Below, in pieces: positions 52,062 to 61,798 of a stretch of DNA of 64,000 nucleotides. The notes below the pieces were generated by a model, which was given only the letters and a program-made list of their open reading frames with translations, had not been told where the DNA came from and ran no database searches. Position 1 is the stretch's first letter. The number at the start of each line of letters is the position of its first letter. The stretch spans positions 43,076-107,075 of the forward strand of contig CAKPCB010000002.1 of assembly GCA_934141245.1 (NCBI GenBank), given 5' to 3'. Source of the stretch: an uncultured Bacilli bacterium. Its GTDB lineage: Bacteria > Bacillota_I > Bacilli_A > RF39 > UBA660. A program made the translations under genes and the position numbers.

Positions 52062-52944
52062 TACTCTTCATATTTATAAATCCAGATACTCTATCTAAAT
52101 TAATTAATTCTACTTTATTATTTGAATTTCCAATAATACTATTCCATTCATTATTTACTGATACTGCTATTCCAATATGCTGATTTTGATCTATTATAAC
52201 TAAATCACCATTGTGTAGTGAAGACTTATCGGTGTACCAACGATTATTATTTTTAGCCCAATTTATATATTCAGAAACATCGTCTACATCACTAATTCCC
52301 TTATCTTTTAATGAAACTTTTGTAACATTAAATACCCAATTGATAAATGTTGCATCCCAAACGTTTCCATTATTACCAAATTTTTGATAATTATTATCGC
52401 CTTTATTTGCCGTACAATCACTTAAATTCTCATCAGTTGCTTTTTCTACATAACCAACTTGTGAGCAAGCAACATCAACAACATCAATACCAACTTTACA
52501 CTTTATAGTTTCATTACAATAATTATCAATATTTAAGTTTTTTAAATTATCAGTATTGTTATCCTTTTCTTTTATTATTGCATATAAAGTTGTATTTTCA
52601 GTGATTTCGATTTGCTCATTTACTTTAAAAACTTCACCTTTGCCATTCTTATTTTTAGACCATCCAATAACGACATAACCATTTTCAACACTAATATTAG
52701 GAGTGGTAACAGTACAACCTCTTCCGTAGTCTAAACACTTAGCACTTAAACTTGTTATACTACTTGCATTTTGTTTATCATACGTAACAGTGTGTATACT
52801 AGCAAAAGCTGCGTTTTTATCATCACCTTTTATTTCATTATTATCATCATTTTTAAAAATAAATGAACAGCTTGCTAATCCAATACATATAAATCCAAAT
52901 GCTGCTAAAATCACAATAGCAAAAGTTCTCTTTGTATTTCTCAT
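52051..52944 (-). CDS. Putative secreted/lipoprotein cell-wall hydrolase with C-terminal CHAP/NlpC-like domain (tentative)
   Basis: 297 aa; signal peptide + LASCSF lipobox-like; C-terminal Cys...His pattern (SDCTANKG...WDATFINWV...GDLVIIDQNQHIGIAV). Confidence 0.4.
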   Translation of the reverse strand: MRNTKRTFAIVILAAFGFICIGLASCSFIFKNDDNNEIKGDDKNAAFASIHTVTYDKQNASSITSLSAKCLDYGRGCTVTTPNISVENGYVVIGWSKNKNGKGEVFKVNEQIEITENTTLYAIIKEKDNNTDNLKNLNIDNYCNETIKCKVGIDVVDVACSQVGYVEKATDENLSDCTANKGDNNYQKFGNNGNVWDATFINWVFNVTKVSLKDKGISDVDDVSEYINWAKNNNRWYTDKSSLHNGDLVIIDQNQHIGIAVSVNNEWNSIIGNSNNKVELINLDRVSGFINMKSIAY

Positions 52945-53044
52945 ACTTTAAATATCCTCTCAATTATATTCTAACTAATCTAATATTAGAGCATATTTAG
53001 TTGTTTGTCAATGTTATCAAATTGTTTTTATATATATTTTACAT

Positions 53045-55210
53045 TTAAAAATTAACAGGGTTTATATCTATATCTATTTTTATATTATTATTTCCTTTGT
53101 AATGGTTTATAAGAGATTTTAATACAAAATTAAGTTTTTCTGATTTTTTATATTTAATAATTATACCAAATCTATATTGATTATTAAGTTTAAATACATT
53201 ACATATTGTGGGACCAAGTATTATCAAATCAGGTAGTTCTTTCCTTAAGTAACCACCCACTTTTTTACTTTCATCACTCAAATATTCATAGTTTTTACCA
53301 ATTATTTTTACATATGCTAAATAATAATATGGCGGGTATGATAACTTCTTTCTTATAGACATCTCCGTATTAAAAAAGCCTATATAATCATGATTTTTTG
53401 ATAGTGAAATTGCATAATGATTTGGATTATACGTTTGTATAATAACACTACCTTCTTTTGTTGATCTACCACTTCTTCCTGCCGTTTGAGTTAACAACTG
53501 AAATGTATATTCACTACTTCTATAGTTTGGCATCAAAAGCGAAGTATCTGCATTTATAACCCCAACCAAAGTAACATTACTAAAGTCATGTCCTTTTGCA
53601 ATCATTTGAGTTCCTAGTAATATATCATATTTGTTATTTTTAAAATCTTTTATTATTTTTTCATATGATCCCTTTTTAGATGTTGTATCCAAATCCATTC
53701 TTACTATTCTTGCATTAAAAAGCTTATTAAGTTCCTCTTCAACTTTTTCTGTACCAACACCTAAATTTTTCATACTTTTCTCACCACATGATGGACAAAT
53801 TTCTGAATTTTTAGTTGCATAACCGCAATAGTGACATCTAAGTACATTTGAAGACTTATGATATGTAAGTGTAATATCGCAGTGTGGGCATTTAACTGAG
53901 TAACCACAATTACTGCAAGTCACAAAAGAAGAATATCCCCTTCTATTTAATAAAAGTATTATTTGTTCTTTTTTTAAAAGAGTTGTATTTATTGCATCTA
54001 TTAAACTCTTAGAAAATATAGAACCCTTATTTTTTTCTTTATTCATATCAACAATATCAACATGTGGTAATTTATTATTATTTATTCTATTAGGTAATTC
54101 AACCTTTCTATATATGCCCTTAAGTGCTCTCGCATAATCATCAATTGTAGGAGTTGCACTTCCTAATACAACCTTTGCATTATTAAACTCTGCACGCTTT
54201 TTTGCTATATCAATAGTGTTATATTTTGGATTATTTTCTTGCTTATAAGTACTAGTATGTTCTTCATCTATAACAATAAGCCCTAAATTTTTAAATGGTG
54301 CAAACACAGCACTTCTTGCACCAACAACTATGTGTGACTCACCAGACATTATTTTTCTATATTCATCATACTTTTCACCTTCGCTAAGCTTACTATGTAA
54401 AACAGTAACCATATTACCAAAACGTGAACTAAATTTTTCTATTATTTGCGGAGTTAAAGATATTTCAGGTACTAAAAAAATACTATCTTTGCCAAGTTTC
54501 AACATCTCATCAATTAATTCCATATATACTTGAGTTTTTCCACTTCCTGTTACACCATGCAATAAAAAAACAGAATTTTTATCATCATTTAAAATGTCAT
54601 CCTTTACTTGCTGTTGCTGAGGAGTTAATTTAAACTTTTCTTTTAATTCAGTTGTAGACTGTTTTAACCTATATTCCTCAACTTCTTCTACGTTCAATAT
54701 ATTATTTTTTATAAGTGTATTGGTTATTGATGCTGATATTTTTCTAAGTTCAACAATACTACAAGAACCCTTAGATTTTACTACCTCTATAATTCTTTTT
54801 TGGTTATCGCTAAGTTTATTTAAATTAGTATTATTATTTAAACTAACTATCTTTACTATTTTTTTATTTACTTTTGAATTACTTTTAGCTTTCAATGCCT
54901 TAGGTAACATTATTTGATAACAAGATATTAAAGTTGAATAGTATTCATTACTCATCCACTTACCAAGATTTAATAGTTCATTATTTAATATTGGAAATTC
55001 GTCAATAACTTCTAAAATTTTCTTTAACTCATATTCACTATCATTGAAATCTGCAATTCCTACTACAAAACCTTCAATTATTCTATTAACAAATTCAACC
55101 TTTACTCTTATACCAATCTGTACTTTTTCTCTTAATTCATCAGGTATTAAATAATTAAAAGTCTTATCAACATTTATGTTTGATATTTCAACTAAAACTT
55201 TAGCGATCAT
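53045..55210 (-). CDS. priA: Primosomal protein N' (replication restart helicase PriA)
   Basis: 721 aa; DEAH-box helicase GVTGSGKT / DEEH, double CxxC zinc-binding region (CSNCGYSVKCPHCD...CHYCGY...CPSCG). Confidence 0.9.
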   Translation of the reverse strand: MIAKVLVEISNINVDKTFNYLIPDELREKVQIGIRVKVEFVNRIIEGFVVGIADFNDSEYELKKILEVIDEFPILNNELLNLGKWMSNEYYSTLISCYQIMLPKALKAKSNSKVNKKIVKIVSLNNNTNLNKLSDNQKRIIEVVKSKGSCSIVELRKISASITNTLIKNNILNVEEVEEYRLKQSTTELKEKFKLTPQQQQVKDDILNDDKNSVFLLHGVTGSGKTQVYMELIDEMLKLGKDSIFLVPEISLTPQIIEKFSSRFGNMVTVLHSKLSEGEKYDEYRKIMSGESHIVVGARSAVFAPFKNLGLIVIDEEHTSTYKQENNPKYNTIDIAKKRAEFNNAKVVLGSATPTIDDYARALKGIYRKVELPNRINNNKLPHVDIVDMNKEKNKGSIFSKSLIDAINTTLLKKEQIILLLNRRGYSSFVTCSNCGYSVKCPHCDITLTYHKSSNVLRCHYCGYATKNSEICPSCGEKSMKNLGVGTEKVEEELNKLFNARIVRMDLDTTSKKGSYEKIIKDFKNNKYDILLGTQMIAKGHDFSNVTLVGVINADTSLLMPNYRSSEYTFQLLTQTAGRSGRSTKEGSVIIQTYNPNHYAISLSKNHDYIGFFNTEMSIRKKLSYPPYYYLAYVKIIGKNYEYLSDESKKVGGYLRKELPDLIILGPTICNVFKLNNQYRFGIIIKYKKSEKLNFVLKSLINHYKGNNNIKIDIDINPVNF

Positions 55211-55386
55211 ATATAATACCTCCCTAATACCATGTTACAAATTGATTATATAATTTAAACATACGTTTGTAAAGAACAAAGAATAAATTAAGTCTTGCTA
55301 TTTTAACCATATTTTCACTTTACAGATGAAATATTTTTTATTCCATATGGATTTAAATTACGTAACGAACAAAAAAGCAAAGAATT

Positions 55387-56373
55387 TTAATTCTTTGCAA
55401 ATAGTTTCCTTTTTATTCTTGGTTCCGCAGCTTTAAAAACTGTCTCAAACATTTTCTGTTTATTTTCTGCTTCATTAAATTCTACAAATGAAAAAATTAT
55501 ATCATCTAAAATTGGCCCTACACAATATTTATCTAATAAATTATTAAAGCTATTTGTTTCTATTATTTTCAATATGATTTGACAATTCTTAGCTATTGAA
55601 TTATTTAATTCCCGATATTTTTCAATAATATAAAAATCTTTAATCATATATAGAATTAGTAAATCATAATTATATCTATCATTTTCACGAAGTATTTCAA
55701 TAAAATCTCTTACAAATGATCTTGCATAGTATTCTGATATATAATCTTCAAAATTATATTCTTTTTTAAAATCTTCTAGATAATTCAAATACATACAATA
55801 TATATCATCTTTTTCATATAACTGCGAATATAATATTTTATCAAAAATATATAAAGGATTAATCCTTTCAAGATATTTATCAGTTTTTACATCATACATT
55901 GATTTGTGATGTTTTTCAAAATTCGTATAGCTTATAAAATCTAGTGATGAAAGCAACATAGATTGTAATAATTCGGGATATTCATTAATATAATCAATAA
56001 CATCATCTACAGATTTAAATTTTGACATTTCCTCATATGAATAGTCATAATCAATAGTAACATAATTTTCATCTGAATCGGATAATAAATCAGGATTGTT
56101 TAGTAGCCAAAAATCTGTCCAAATAACACCAATAACTTTTTTATATAATTCATAATTTGTGTTAGCCATTCTATTAAAAATTGTGGTAAAATCAAATATT
56201 TCTTTTTCATCCTCACCATATTCATAGTATTCAGCATCAATATCATCATCAATATCACCATCAACATCAAAGAAATTTAAAGATTGTTTAAAAATTTCAT
56301 TTAAATGTTCATTATATAAATCTTTAACAAAATTTCTTATAATATCATTTGGATTATTAACATCTATTCTCAT
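55387..56373 (-). CDS. Hypothetical acidic cytoplasmic protein
   Basis: 328 aa; Asp/Glu/Tyr-rich N-terminal region, no known motif. Confidence 0.3.
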   Translation of the reverse strand: MRIDVNNPNDIIRNFVKDLYNEHLNEIFKQSLNFFDVDGDIDDDIDAEYYEYGEDEKEIFDFTTIFNRMANTNYELYKKVIGVIWTDFWLLNNPDLLSDSDENYVTIDYDYSYEEMSKFKSVDDVIDYINEYPELLQSMLLSSLDFISYTNFEKHHKSMYDVKTDKYLERINPLYIFDKILYSQLYEKDDIYCMYLNYLEDFKKEYNFEDYISEYYARSFVRDFIEILRENDRYNYDLLILYMIKDFYIIEKYRELNNSIAKNCQIILKIIETNSFNNLLDKYCVGPILDDIIFSFVEFNEAENKQKMFETVFKAAEPRIKRKLFAKN

Positions 56374-56500
56374 ATAAATTCACCATGTTCCCCTGTTATT
56401 TAAACTAATTTTAAAGTATCAAAATATATCTTAATATGATAACAATCAAGAAAGCAATTGTCAATAGAAAAAGAAATGATAACAAATCATTTCTTATAAA

Positions 56501-57382
56501 TTAAACATTTCCATTAATTTGACTCATAACTTCGCTAGCAAAATCATCTACTCTTTTTTCCATTCCTTCACCAACTTCGAAACGAACAAATTTTACAACT
56601 TCTGAATTGTTAGCTTTAGCATAACCTGCTACATCTAAGTCTGGATCTTTAATAAATGCTTGTTCAAGTAAACAAACTTCCTTATAAAATTTATTTATTC
56701 TTCCGTTAACCATTTTTTCAGCTATTTCTGCAGGTTTTCCCTCCTCAACAGCTTGTTTTTTAATAACTTCTTTTTCATGATCAACTACATCTGCAGGAAC
56801 ATCATTTCTTGATAAATATCCAGGATTCATTGCTGCAACATGCATAGCTACATCCCTTGCTACATCTTCATTATTTCCATTCAAAACAGTAACAACATTT
56901 ATTTTACCAAGATTTTGATGATTATAAACACCAAATACTTGATTATCATTTTTTTCTATAATTTCAAATCTTCTAAAACTAATCTTTTCACCAATTTTTG
57001 CAATCAAAGCAATTAAACTAGTGTTAACAGTTCCATCTCTCATAGGAAGTTCTAAAGCTTCTTCAATACTATTTGGTTTATTAGTTAAAACAGTTTTAGC
57101 AAGTTCTGATACAAAACTAGTAAATTCTGAATTCTTTGCAACAAAGTCAGTTTCAGAATTAACTTCCAATATAACAGCTTTATTTCCATCAACTAATATT
57201 TGACTTAAACCTTCAGCAGCAATTCTAGATTCTTTTTTAGCTGCCTTTGAAATTCCTTTTTCTCTTAACCAGTCAATAGCTTTATCCATATCACCATTTG
57301 ATTCTTGTAAAGCTTTTTTACAATCTAGCATTCCTGCGCCAGTTTTTTCTCTTAAATTTTTTACATCACTCGCACTAAACAT
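56501..57382 (-). CDS. tsf: Translation elongation factor Ts
   Basis: Start moved to MFSASDVKNLREKTGAGMLDCKKAL (RBS AGGTGA 6 nt upstream); UBA-like N-terminus and EF-Ts dimerisation domains. Confidence 0.9.
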   Translation of the reverse strand: MFSASDVKNLREKTGAGMLDCKKALQESNGDMDKAIDWLREKGISKAAKKESRIAAEGLSQILVDGNKAVILEVNSETDFVAKNSEFTSFVSELAKTVLTNKPNSIEEALELPMRDGTVNTSLIALIAKIGEKISFRRFEIIEKNDNQVFGVYNHQNLGKINVVTVLNGNNEDVARDVAMHVAAMNPGYLSRNDVPADVVDHEKEVIKKQAVEEGKPAEIAEKMVNGRINKFYKEVCLLEQAFIKDPDLDVAGYAKANNSEVVKFVRFEVGEGMEKRVDDFASEVMSQINGNV

Positions 57383-57391
57383 AATAATCAC

Positions 57392-58396
57392 CTATTTTAA
57401 AACTTCAAGAAGTTCGTCTTTCTTTAATTTTGAATATCCTTTAATGCCTTTTATTTTAGCCATTTCTTTTAGTTCAGTTAAAGTCATATCTTTAATATCT
57501 TTCATAACATCTTTTAAGTCTTCAACAACTTCTTTTTTTGCTTCTTTTATGTCTTTTTTTGTAGACTTGATATTTTCTTTAATAGTTTCCTTAATTTCTT
57601 CTTTTTTATCCTTTACAGATTCTTTAATATCTTCAATTTCTTCTTTAATTTCTTGCTTCTTTGCTTTCTTATCTAATTTATTTTTATCTTCTTCTGTTAA
57701 ATAATCAATTACTTCATTTCCATTAACTTCTGCAATTGCATTAGTTAAAGCACCAAGCATTAATTTAACACTTCTAACTGCATCATCATTTCCTGGAATA
57801 ACATAATCTACCATATCTGGATCACAGTTAGTATCTACTATACCAAATACTGGAATATTTAATATTCTAGCTTCTTTAATAGCATTTTCTTCTTTACGTG
57901 GATCAACTATAACTATTGCATTAGGCAATTTTTTCATTTCTCTAATACCACGTAAGTTCTTATTTAATTTATCATACTCTTTTTTAATTTTAATTACTTC
58001 TTTTTTTGGTAAAAGATCAAAAGTTCCATCATTTTCCATTGTTTCGATTTCTTCTAATCTTTTAATTCTAGAACGAATTGTTTTAAAGTTAGTTAAAGTA
58101 CCACCAAGCCATCTTTCATTAACAAAATACATATTTGTTCTTGTAGCACATTCCTCTGCTGCTTCTTGAGCTTGCTTTTTAGTACCTACAAACAAAACTT
58201 TTCCCTCTGCTTCTGCAATCTCTTTCATTGCATTATAAGCTTCATCAATTTTTTGAGATGTTTTTTGTAAATCAATTATATATATATCATCACGTGAAGT
58301 GAAAATATATTCTCTCATTTTTGGATTCCATCTTCTTTTTTGGTGTCCAAAGTGAACACCTGCTTCTAATAAATAATTCATTGAAACTACTGTCAT
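57392..58396 (-). CDS. rpsB: 30S ribosomal protein S2 with ~85-aa C-terminal Lys/Glu-rich extension ending in a Rho_N/SAP-like motif
   Basis: 334 aa (canonical S2 is ~240-260); core S2 motifs ([11 protein letters not shown]...); tail ...[32 protein letters not shown]. Confidence 0.9.
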   Translation of the reverse strand: MTVVSMNYLLEAGVHFGHQKRRWNPKMREYIFTSRDDIYIIDLQKTSQKIDEAYNAMKEIAEAEGKVLFVGTKKQAQEAAEECATRTNMYFVNERWLGGTLTNFKTIRSRIKRLEEIETMENDGTFDLLPKKEVIKIKKEYDKLNKNLRGIREMKKLPNAIVIVDPRKEENAIKEARILNIPVFGIVDTNCDPDMVDYVIPGNDDAVRSVKLMLGALTNAIAEVNGNEVIDYLTEEDKNKLDKKAKKQEIKEEIEDIKESVKDKKEEIKETIKENIKSTKKDIKEAKKEVVEDLKDVMKDIKDMTLTELKEMAKIKGIKGYSKLKKDELLEVLK

Positions 58397-58483
58397 TTTT
58401 TTCTTTCTCCTTTTCGTTATACACTTATTAATTTCTAAAATTTATCACCCTAAGGCACTAGATAAATCAATTCATTAATATGA

Positions 58484-59044
58484 CTATTTTAATAAATCTA
58501 CTATATCAGCTTTTTTAGAACCAGCTGGTATAGCAATGTTTTTTGATGCTGCTAATTCTTTTAATTCTGCAACTGTCATTTTTGATAAGTCTTTTTCTTC
58601 TTTAACTGTTTCTTTTTTTGCAGTTTTAGTATCAGCTTTTACATTTACAGATTCTTTTTTTACTGCAACGGGTTTACCTTCTTTTTTTGCCTTTAATGCT
58701 TCTTTTGCAACATTTACCATTTCAGTAAATGCCTTTGGATCATTAATTGCAATTTCTGAAGCCATTTTTCTATTTATTTCAACACCTGCATAATTTAAGC
58801 CTTCAATAAATCTAGAATAACTAATTTCATTTTCACGACATGCAGCATTGATTCTAGTAATCCATAATTTTCTAAAATCTCTTTTCTTTTGTCTTCTATC
58901 ACGGAACGCATATTGTCCTGAATGCATTAATTGTTCTTTGGCAGTTTTATATAATCTGTGTTTGCTTCCAAAATAACCTTTAGCTGCTTTTAAAACTTTT
59001 TTATGGCGAGCTTTTGTAGTAACTCCATTTTTTACTCTTGTCAT
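58484..59044 (-). CDS. rplT: 50S ribosomal protein L20 with ~68-aa C-terminal extension ending in a Rho_N/SAP-like motif
   Basis: 186 aa (canonical L20 is ~118); core [19 protein letters not shown]...; tail ...[31 protein letters not shown]. Confidence 0.9.
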   Translation of the reverse strand: MTRVKNGVTTKARHKKVLKAAKGYFGSKHRLYKTAKEQLMHSGQYAFRDRRQKKRDFRKLWITRINAACRENEISYSRFIEGLNYAGVEINRKMASEIAINDPKAFTEMVNVAKEALKAKKEGKPVAVKKESVNVKADTKTAKKETVKEEKDLSKMTVAELKELAASKNIAIPAGSKKADIVDLLK

Positions 59045-59067
59045 ATTTTCCTCCTATTTAATTACAT

Positions 59068-59253
59068 TTAGATTAAATCCTTTAATCTATTAAAGTCAGC
59101 TTTACTTAACTGAGAACCTTTTCTATTTTTTCTGTTAACATTTGTTGATTTATAACCAGTATTATGTCTACTTCCTGGTTTTCCAATTTTGTAATCATTT
59201 TTTCTTTTGTTAAAAACCTTTTTACTTCCTTTATGAGTTTTTAATTTTGGCAT
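59068..59253 (-). CDS. rpmI: 50S ribosomal protein L35
   Basis: 61 aa, MPKLKTHKGSKK... basic; position between infC and rplT. Confidence 0.8.
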   Translation of the reverse strand: MPKLKTHKGSKKVFNKRKNDYKIGKPGSRHNTGYKSTNVNRKNRKGSQLSKADFNRLKDLI

Positions 59254-59269
59254 AATTTTCCTCCTATAA

Positions 59270-59794
59270 TTATTTTTTTGGTGTTAATAACATTATCATA
59301 CTTCTACCATCAAGTTTAGGTTGTTGTTCAACAACTGATAAGTCTTCAAGTCTAGCTGCAAATTTTAATAATACATCCTTACCAATTTCAGTATGTGCCA
59401 TTTGTCTTCCTTTAAATCTTATTGTTACTTTTATTCTATCACCTTTTTTAAGATATTTAGTAACCTGTTTTATTTTAGTTTCAAAATCACCAACATCTAT
59501 TACTGGCGATAGTCTAAACTCCTTCAATTCAGACATATTAGCTCTTTGCTTCTTTAAAGCTTCTTTTTCTTTTTTTGCTCTTTCATACTTGTATTTGTTG
59601 TAATCCATCACCTTACAAACTGGTGGATTTGCATTTGGACTTAATAATACCAAATCTAATCCAGCATAATTTGCTAGTGTTAATGCATCTGCAATTGGTT
59701 TTACTCCAACTTGCTCTCCATTTGGTCCAATAACTAAAACTTGACTTACTTTAATTTGCTCATTAATAAGCAGATTATTTTTAGTATTTGCTAT
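59270..59794 (-). CDS. infC: Translation initiation factor IF-3, probable non-AUG (AUA) start
   Basis: IF-3 N- and C-domain sequence (INEQIKVSQVLVIGPNGEQVGV...); GGAGGTG RBS (revcomp of 59801-59807) 6 nt upstream of an ATA codon; the track's upstream Met extension lacks an RBS and adds non-IF3 sequence. Confidence 0.8.
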   Translation of the reverse strand: MANTKNNLLINEQIKVSQVLVIGPNGEQVGVKPIADALTLANYAGLDLVLLSPNANPPVCKVMDYNKYKYERAKKEKEALKKQRANMSELKEFRLSPVIDVGDFETKIKQVTKYLKKGDRIKVTIRFKGRQMAHTEIGKDVLLKFAARLEDLSVVEQQPKLDGRSMIMLLTPKK

Positions 59795-59799
59795 ATAAA

Positions 59800-59945
59800 A
59801 CACCTCCATTAAATATAAAAAGTGGACACAATGTATCCACTTAAAGCACAATCAAATTTAATAAATTAAAATCAATCAGGCATAAACCCACTGCTATACG
59901 CTAAGTCGGGTGGATGTGGATGCATCTCTTTCCTCTTTAAATTTA
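59800..59945 (-). ncRNA. Structured 5' leader of the infC-rpmI-rplT operon (L20-leader-type autoregulatory RNA)
   Basis: ~150-nt leader between the promoter and the infC RBS containing an unusually GC-rich, self-complementary block (gatgcatccacatccacccgacttagcgtatagcagtgggtttatgc) in a 25% GC genome. Confidence 0.5.
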
Positions 59946-59952
59946 CGTTAAT

Positions 59953-59981
59953 ATTGTAATATAATTACTTCTATTTGTCAA
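59953..59981 (-). promoter_or_regulatory. Sigma-A promoter of the infC operon, TTGACA-17-TACAAT (minus strand)
   Basis: Revcomp of 59976-59981 = TTGACA; 17-nt spacer; revcomp of 59953-59958 = TACAAT. Confidence 0.65.
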
Positions 59982-60441
59982 TTGTTTTTTTCTTTTCTAG
60001 CATTTTAATATATGAATCTTTAAACATTTCGGAAAAACTAAAATCATTTTCAAGTAAACCAAATTCATTTAAAATCTCCATAAATTCAAAATATTCTTGA
60101 TTGCATAGACCAGCAGAGTTTAACAAAATAAATTTGTTATAAATTTCCAAAAGCTTAATTGCATACTCTTTTGATATTATTTTCTCATCAACTAATATTT
60201 TAACTTTATAATTTATTAAAACTATATCAATTCTTGTATCATCATCAGAATTATAAAAACTATTTGTTTGATTTGAATTAATTATTTCACCCATTGTTCT
60301 TGTTTTAAATAATTTTTCTAATGATCTATTTAACATCAAATCAATTTCTCTTAGAAAATTTACTGTTTTAACCGGATTCATTATTTTAATACCTTTAACA
60401 CTATTACTCATACTTATTCCTTTCTCTACAGCAATTAACAC
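59971..60441 (-). CDS. Hypothetical protein
   Basis: 156 aa ORF, no recognisable motif. Confidence 0.3.
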   Translation of the reverse strand: MLIAVEKGISMSNSVKGIKIMNPVKTVNFLREIDLMLNRSLEKLFKTRTMGEIINSNQTNSFYNSDDDTRIDIVLINYKVKILVDEKIISKEYAIKLLEIYNKFILLNSAGLCNQEYFEFMEILNEFGLLENDFSFSEMFKDSYIKMLEKKKTIDK

Positions 60442-60498
60442 TTATACATCAAATAATTAAATTTGTCAACATAAAAAGAAAAAAGGAAGAAAAACTTC

Positions 60499-61485
60499 CT
60501 AATTTTCTCCTTCTTCTAACATTGTTGTAATAAATATTCCATATCCTTTTGTATTATCATTAACTATAGCATGAGTAACTGCCCCTATTATTTTATTATT
60601 TTGTATAATTGGACTACCACTCATACCTTTTATTACGCCATTTGTTTTATTTTTTAATCTTTCATCTGTTATTTCAAATAATATGTTTTTTGTCAAACCA
60701 TCTCGATTTACTTTAAGAACATTAATATCAAATTCTTCAATATTATTTTCATTTAAAACAGTTAATATTTTAGCACTACCGATCTCTATTTCATCTGGCT
60801 GTGCAACTTTTTTTAATCTAGTCCTATCAAATTTATTAGTATATTTACCAAAAATACCACTAATTGTGTTTTCATTTATTGTTCCATATGTTATATCATC
60901 ATTAAACCTTGCATTTTTTTCACCTGTCGTTGTATCAGTACTTTTAGTTATACCTACTATACTGGCACCAAATATTTTTCCATCTTTTACTTCAATTTTT
61001 ATATTTGAGTTTGATTCAATAATCTCGTGGCCTAAGGCACCATAAATTTTTGTATTAGGATCTATATATGTTAGAGTTCCAATTCCAGTTATTTGATCTT
61101 TTACATATAAGCCCGTTTTATATACATTATTGCTATCCTTAACTAGGCTTAATTTAATATTAGTTTCACTGTTATTTCTTAATACAGTAAACTCTACAGG
61201 ATTATCATTTATATTTTCATTTATTTTTTTAATCATATCATTTATAGAGGTTACTTCTTTATTCGAAACTTTTATGATTTTATCCCCATTAATAAATCCT
61301 GCATCTTTTCCAATATCTTTCCCATTTACTTTATAAAAGCCAACTACCATTATCCTTTTTGAATTGATTTCTATACCAACATTATTTCCTCCAACAACAA
61401 CATAATCAGAATAAGCTAGCACATTAAATGGCATAATAAGTAATAGAAGAAGAATTATTTTTTGTAGTTTTATTTTAAAATTCAT
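60499..61485 (-). CDS. spoIVB: SpoIVB-type sporulation serine peptidase (PDZ + S55 peptidase domains)
   Basis: 328 aa; signal anchor, PDZ (GDKIIKVSNKEVTSINDMIK), catalytic YGALGHEI and GMSGSPII motifs. Confidence 0.7.
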   Translation of the reverse strand: MNFKIKLQKIILLLLLIMPFNVLAYSDYVVVGGNNVGIEINSKRIMVVGFYKVNGKDIGKDAGFINGDKIIKVSNKEVTSINDMIKKINENINDNPVEFTVLRNNSETNIKLSLVKDSNNVYKTGLYVKDQITGIGTLTYIDPNTKIYGALGHEIIESNSNIKIEVKDGKIFGASIVGITKSTDTTTGEKNARFNDDITYGTINENTISGIFGKYTNKFDRTRLKKVAQPDEIEIGSAKILTVLNENNIEEFDINVLKVNRDGLTKNILFEITDERLKNKTNGVIKGMSGSPIIQNNKIIGAVTHAIVNDNTKGYGIFITTMLEEGEN

Positions 61486-61559
61486 GATATCATCTCCTTT
61501 TAAATATAACTACATTATTATTATGTAACATATAAAAAAAATTATAATAAAAGAATTAG

Positions 61560-61787
61560 TTATTCTTCTATTTTAAAGTCTTCTAATTCTCCTTTTTTAT
61601 TTAAAATTTTATTAATACTTTCTTCTGCATTTTTTAATTTTTCATTACATGAAGATGCAAGTTTCATTGCAGTATTAAACTTTTCAATCGCATCATCTAA
61701 TGGAACATCTCCATTTTCCAAATCTTTTACTATTTTCTCTAATTGATTTAACGATTCTTCAAAACTAATTTCTTTCTTTTCCATCAT
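61560..61787 (-). CDS. xseB: Exodeoxyribonuclease VII small subunit
   Basis: 75 aa; SFEESLNQLEKIVKDLENGDVPLDDAIEKF. Confidence 0.85.
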   Translation of the reverse strand: MMEKKEISFEESLNQLEKIVKDLENGDVPLDDAIEKFNTAMKLASSCNEKLKNAEESINKILNKKGELEDFKIEE

Positions 61788-61798
61788 AAAATCTCCTT

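Noticed and set aside
59861-59920. GC-rich block as a tRNA or other RNA gene
   Set aside because: No cloverleaf-compatible arms. Its position inside the infC 5' leader fits an L20-leader regulatory structure instead.
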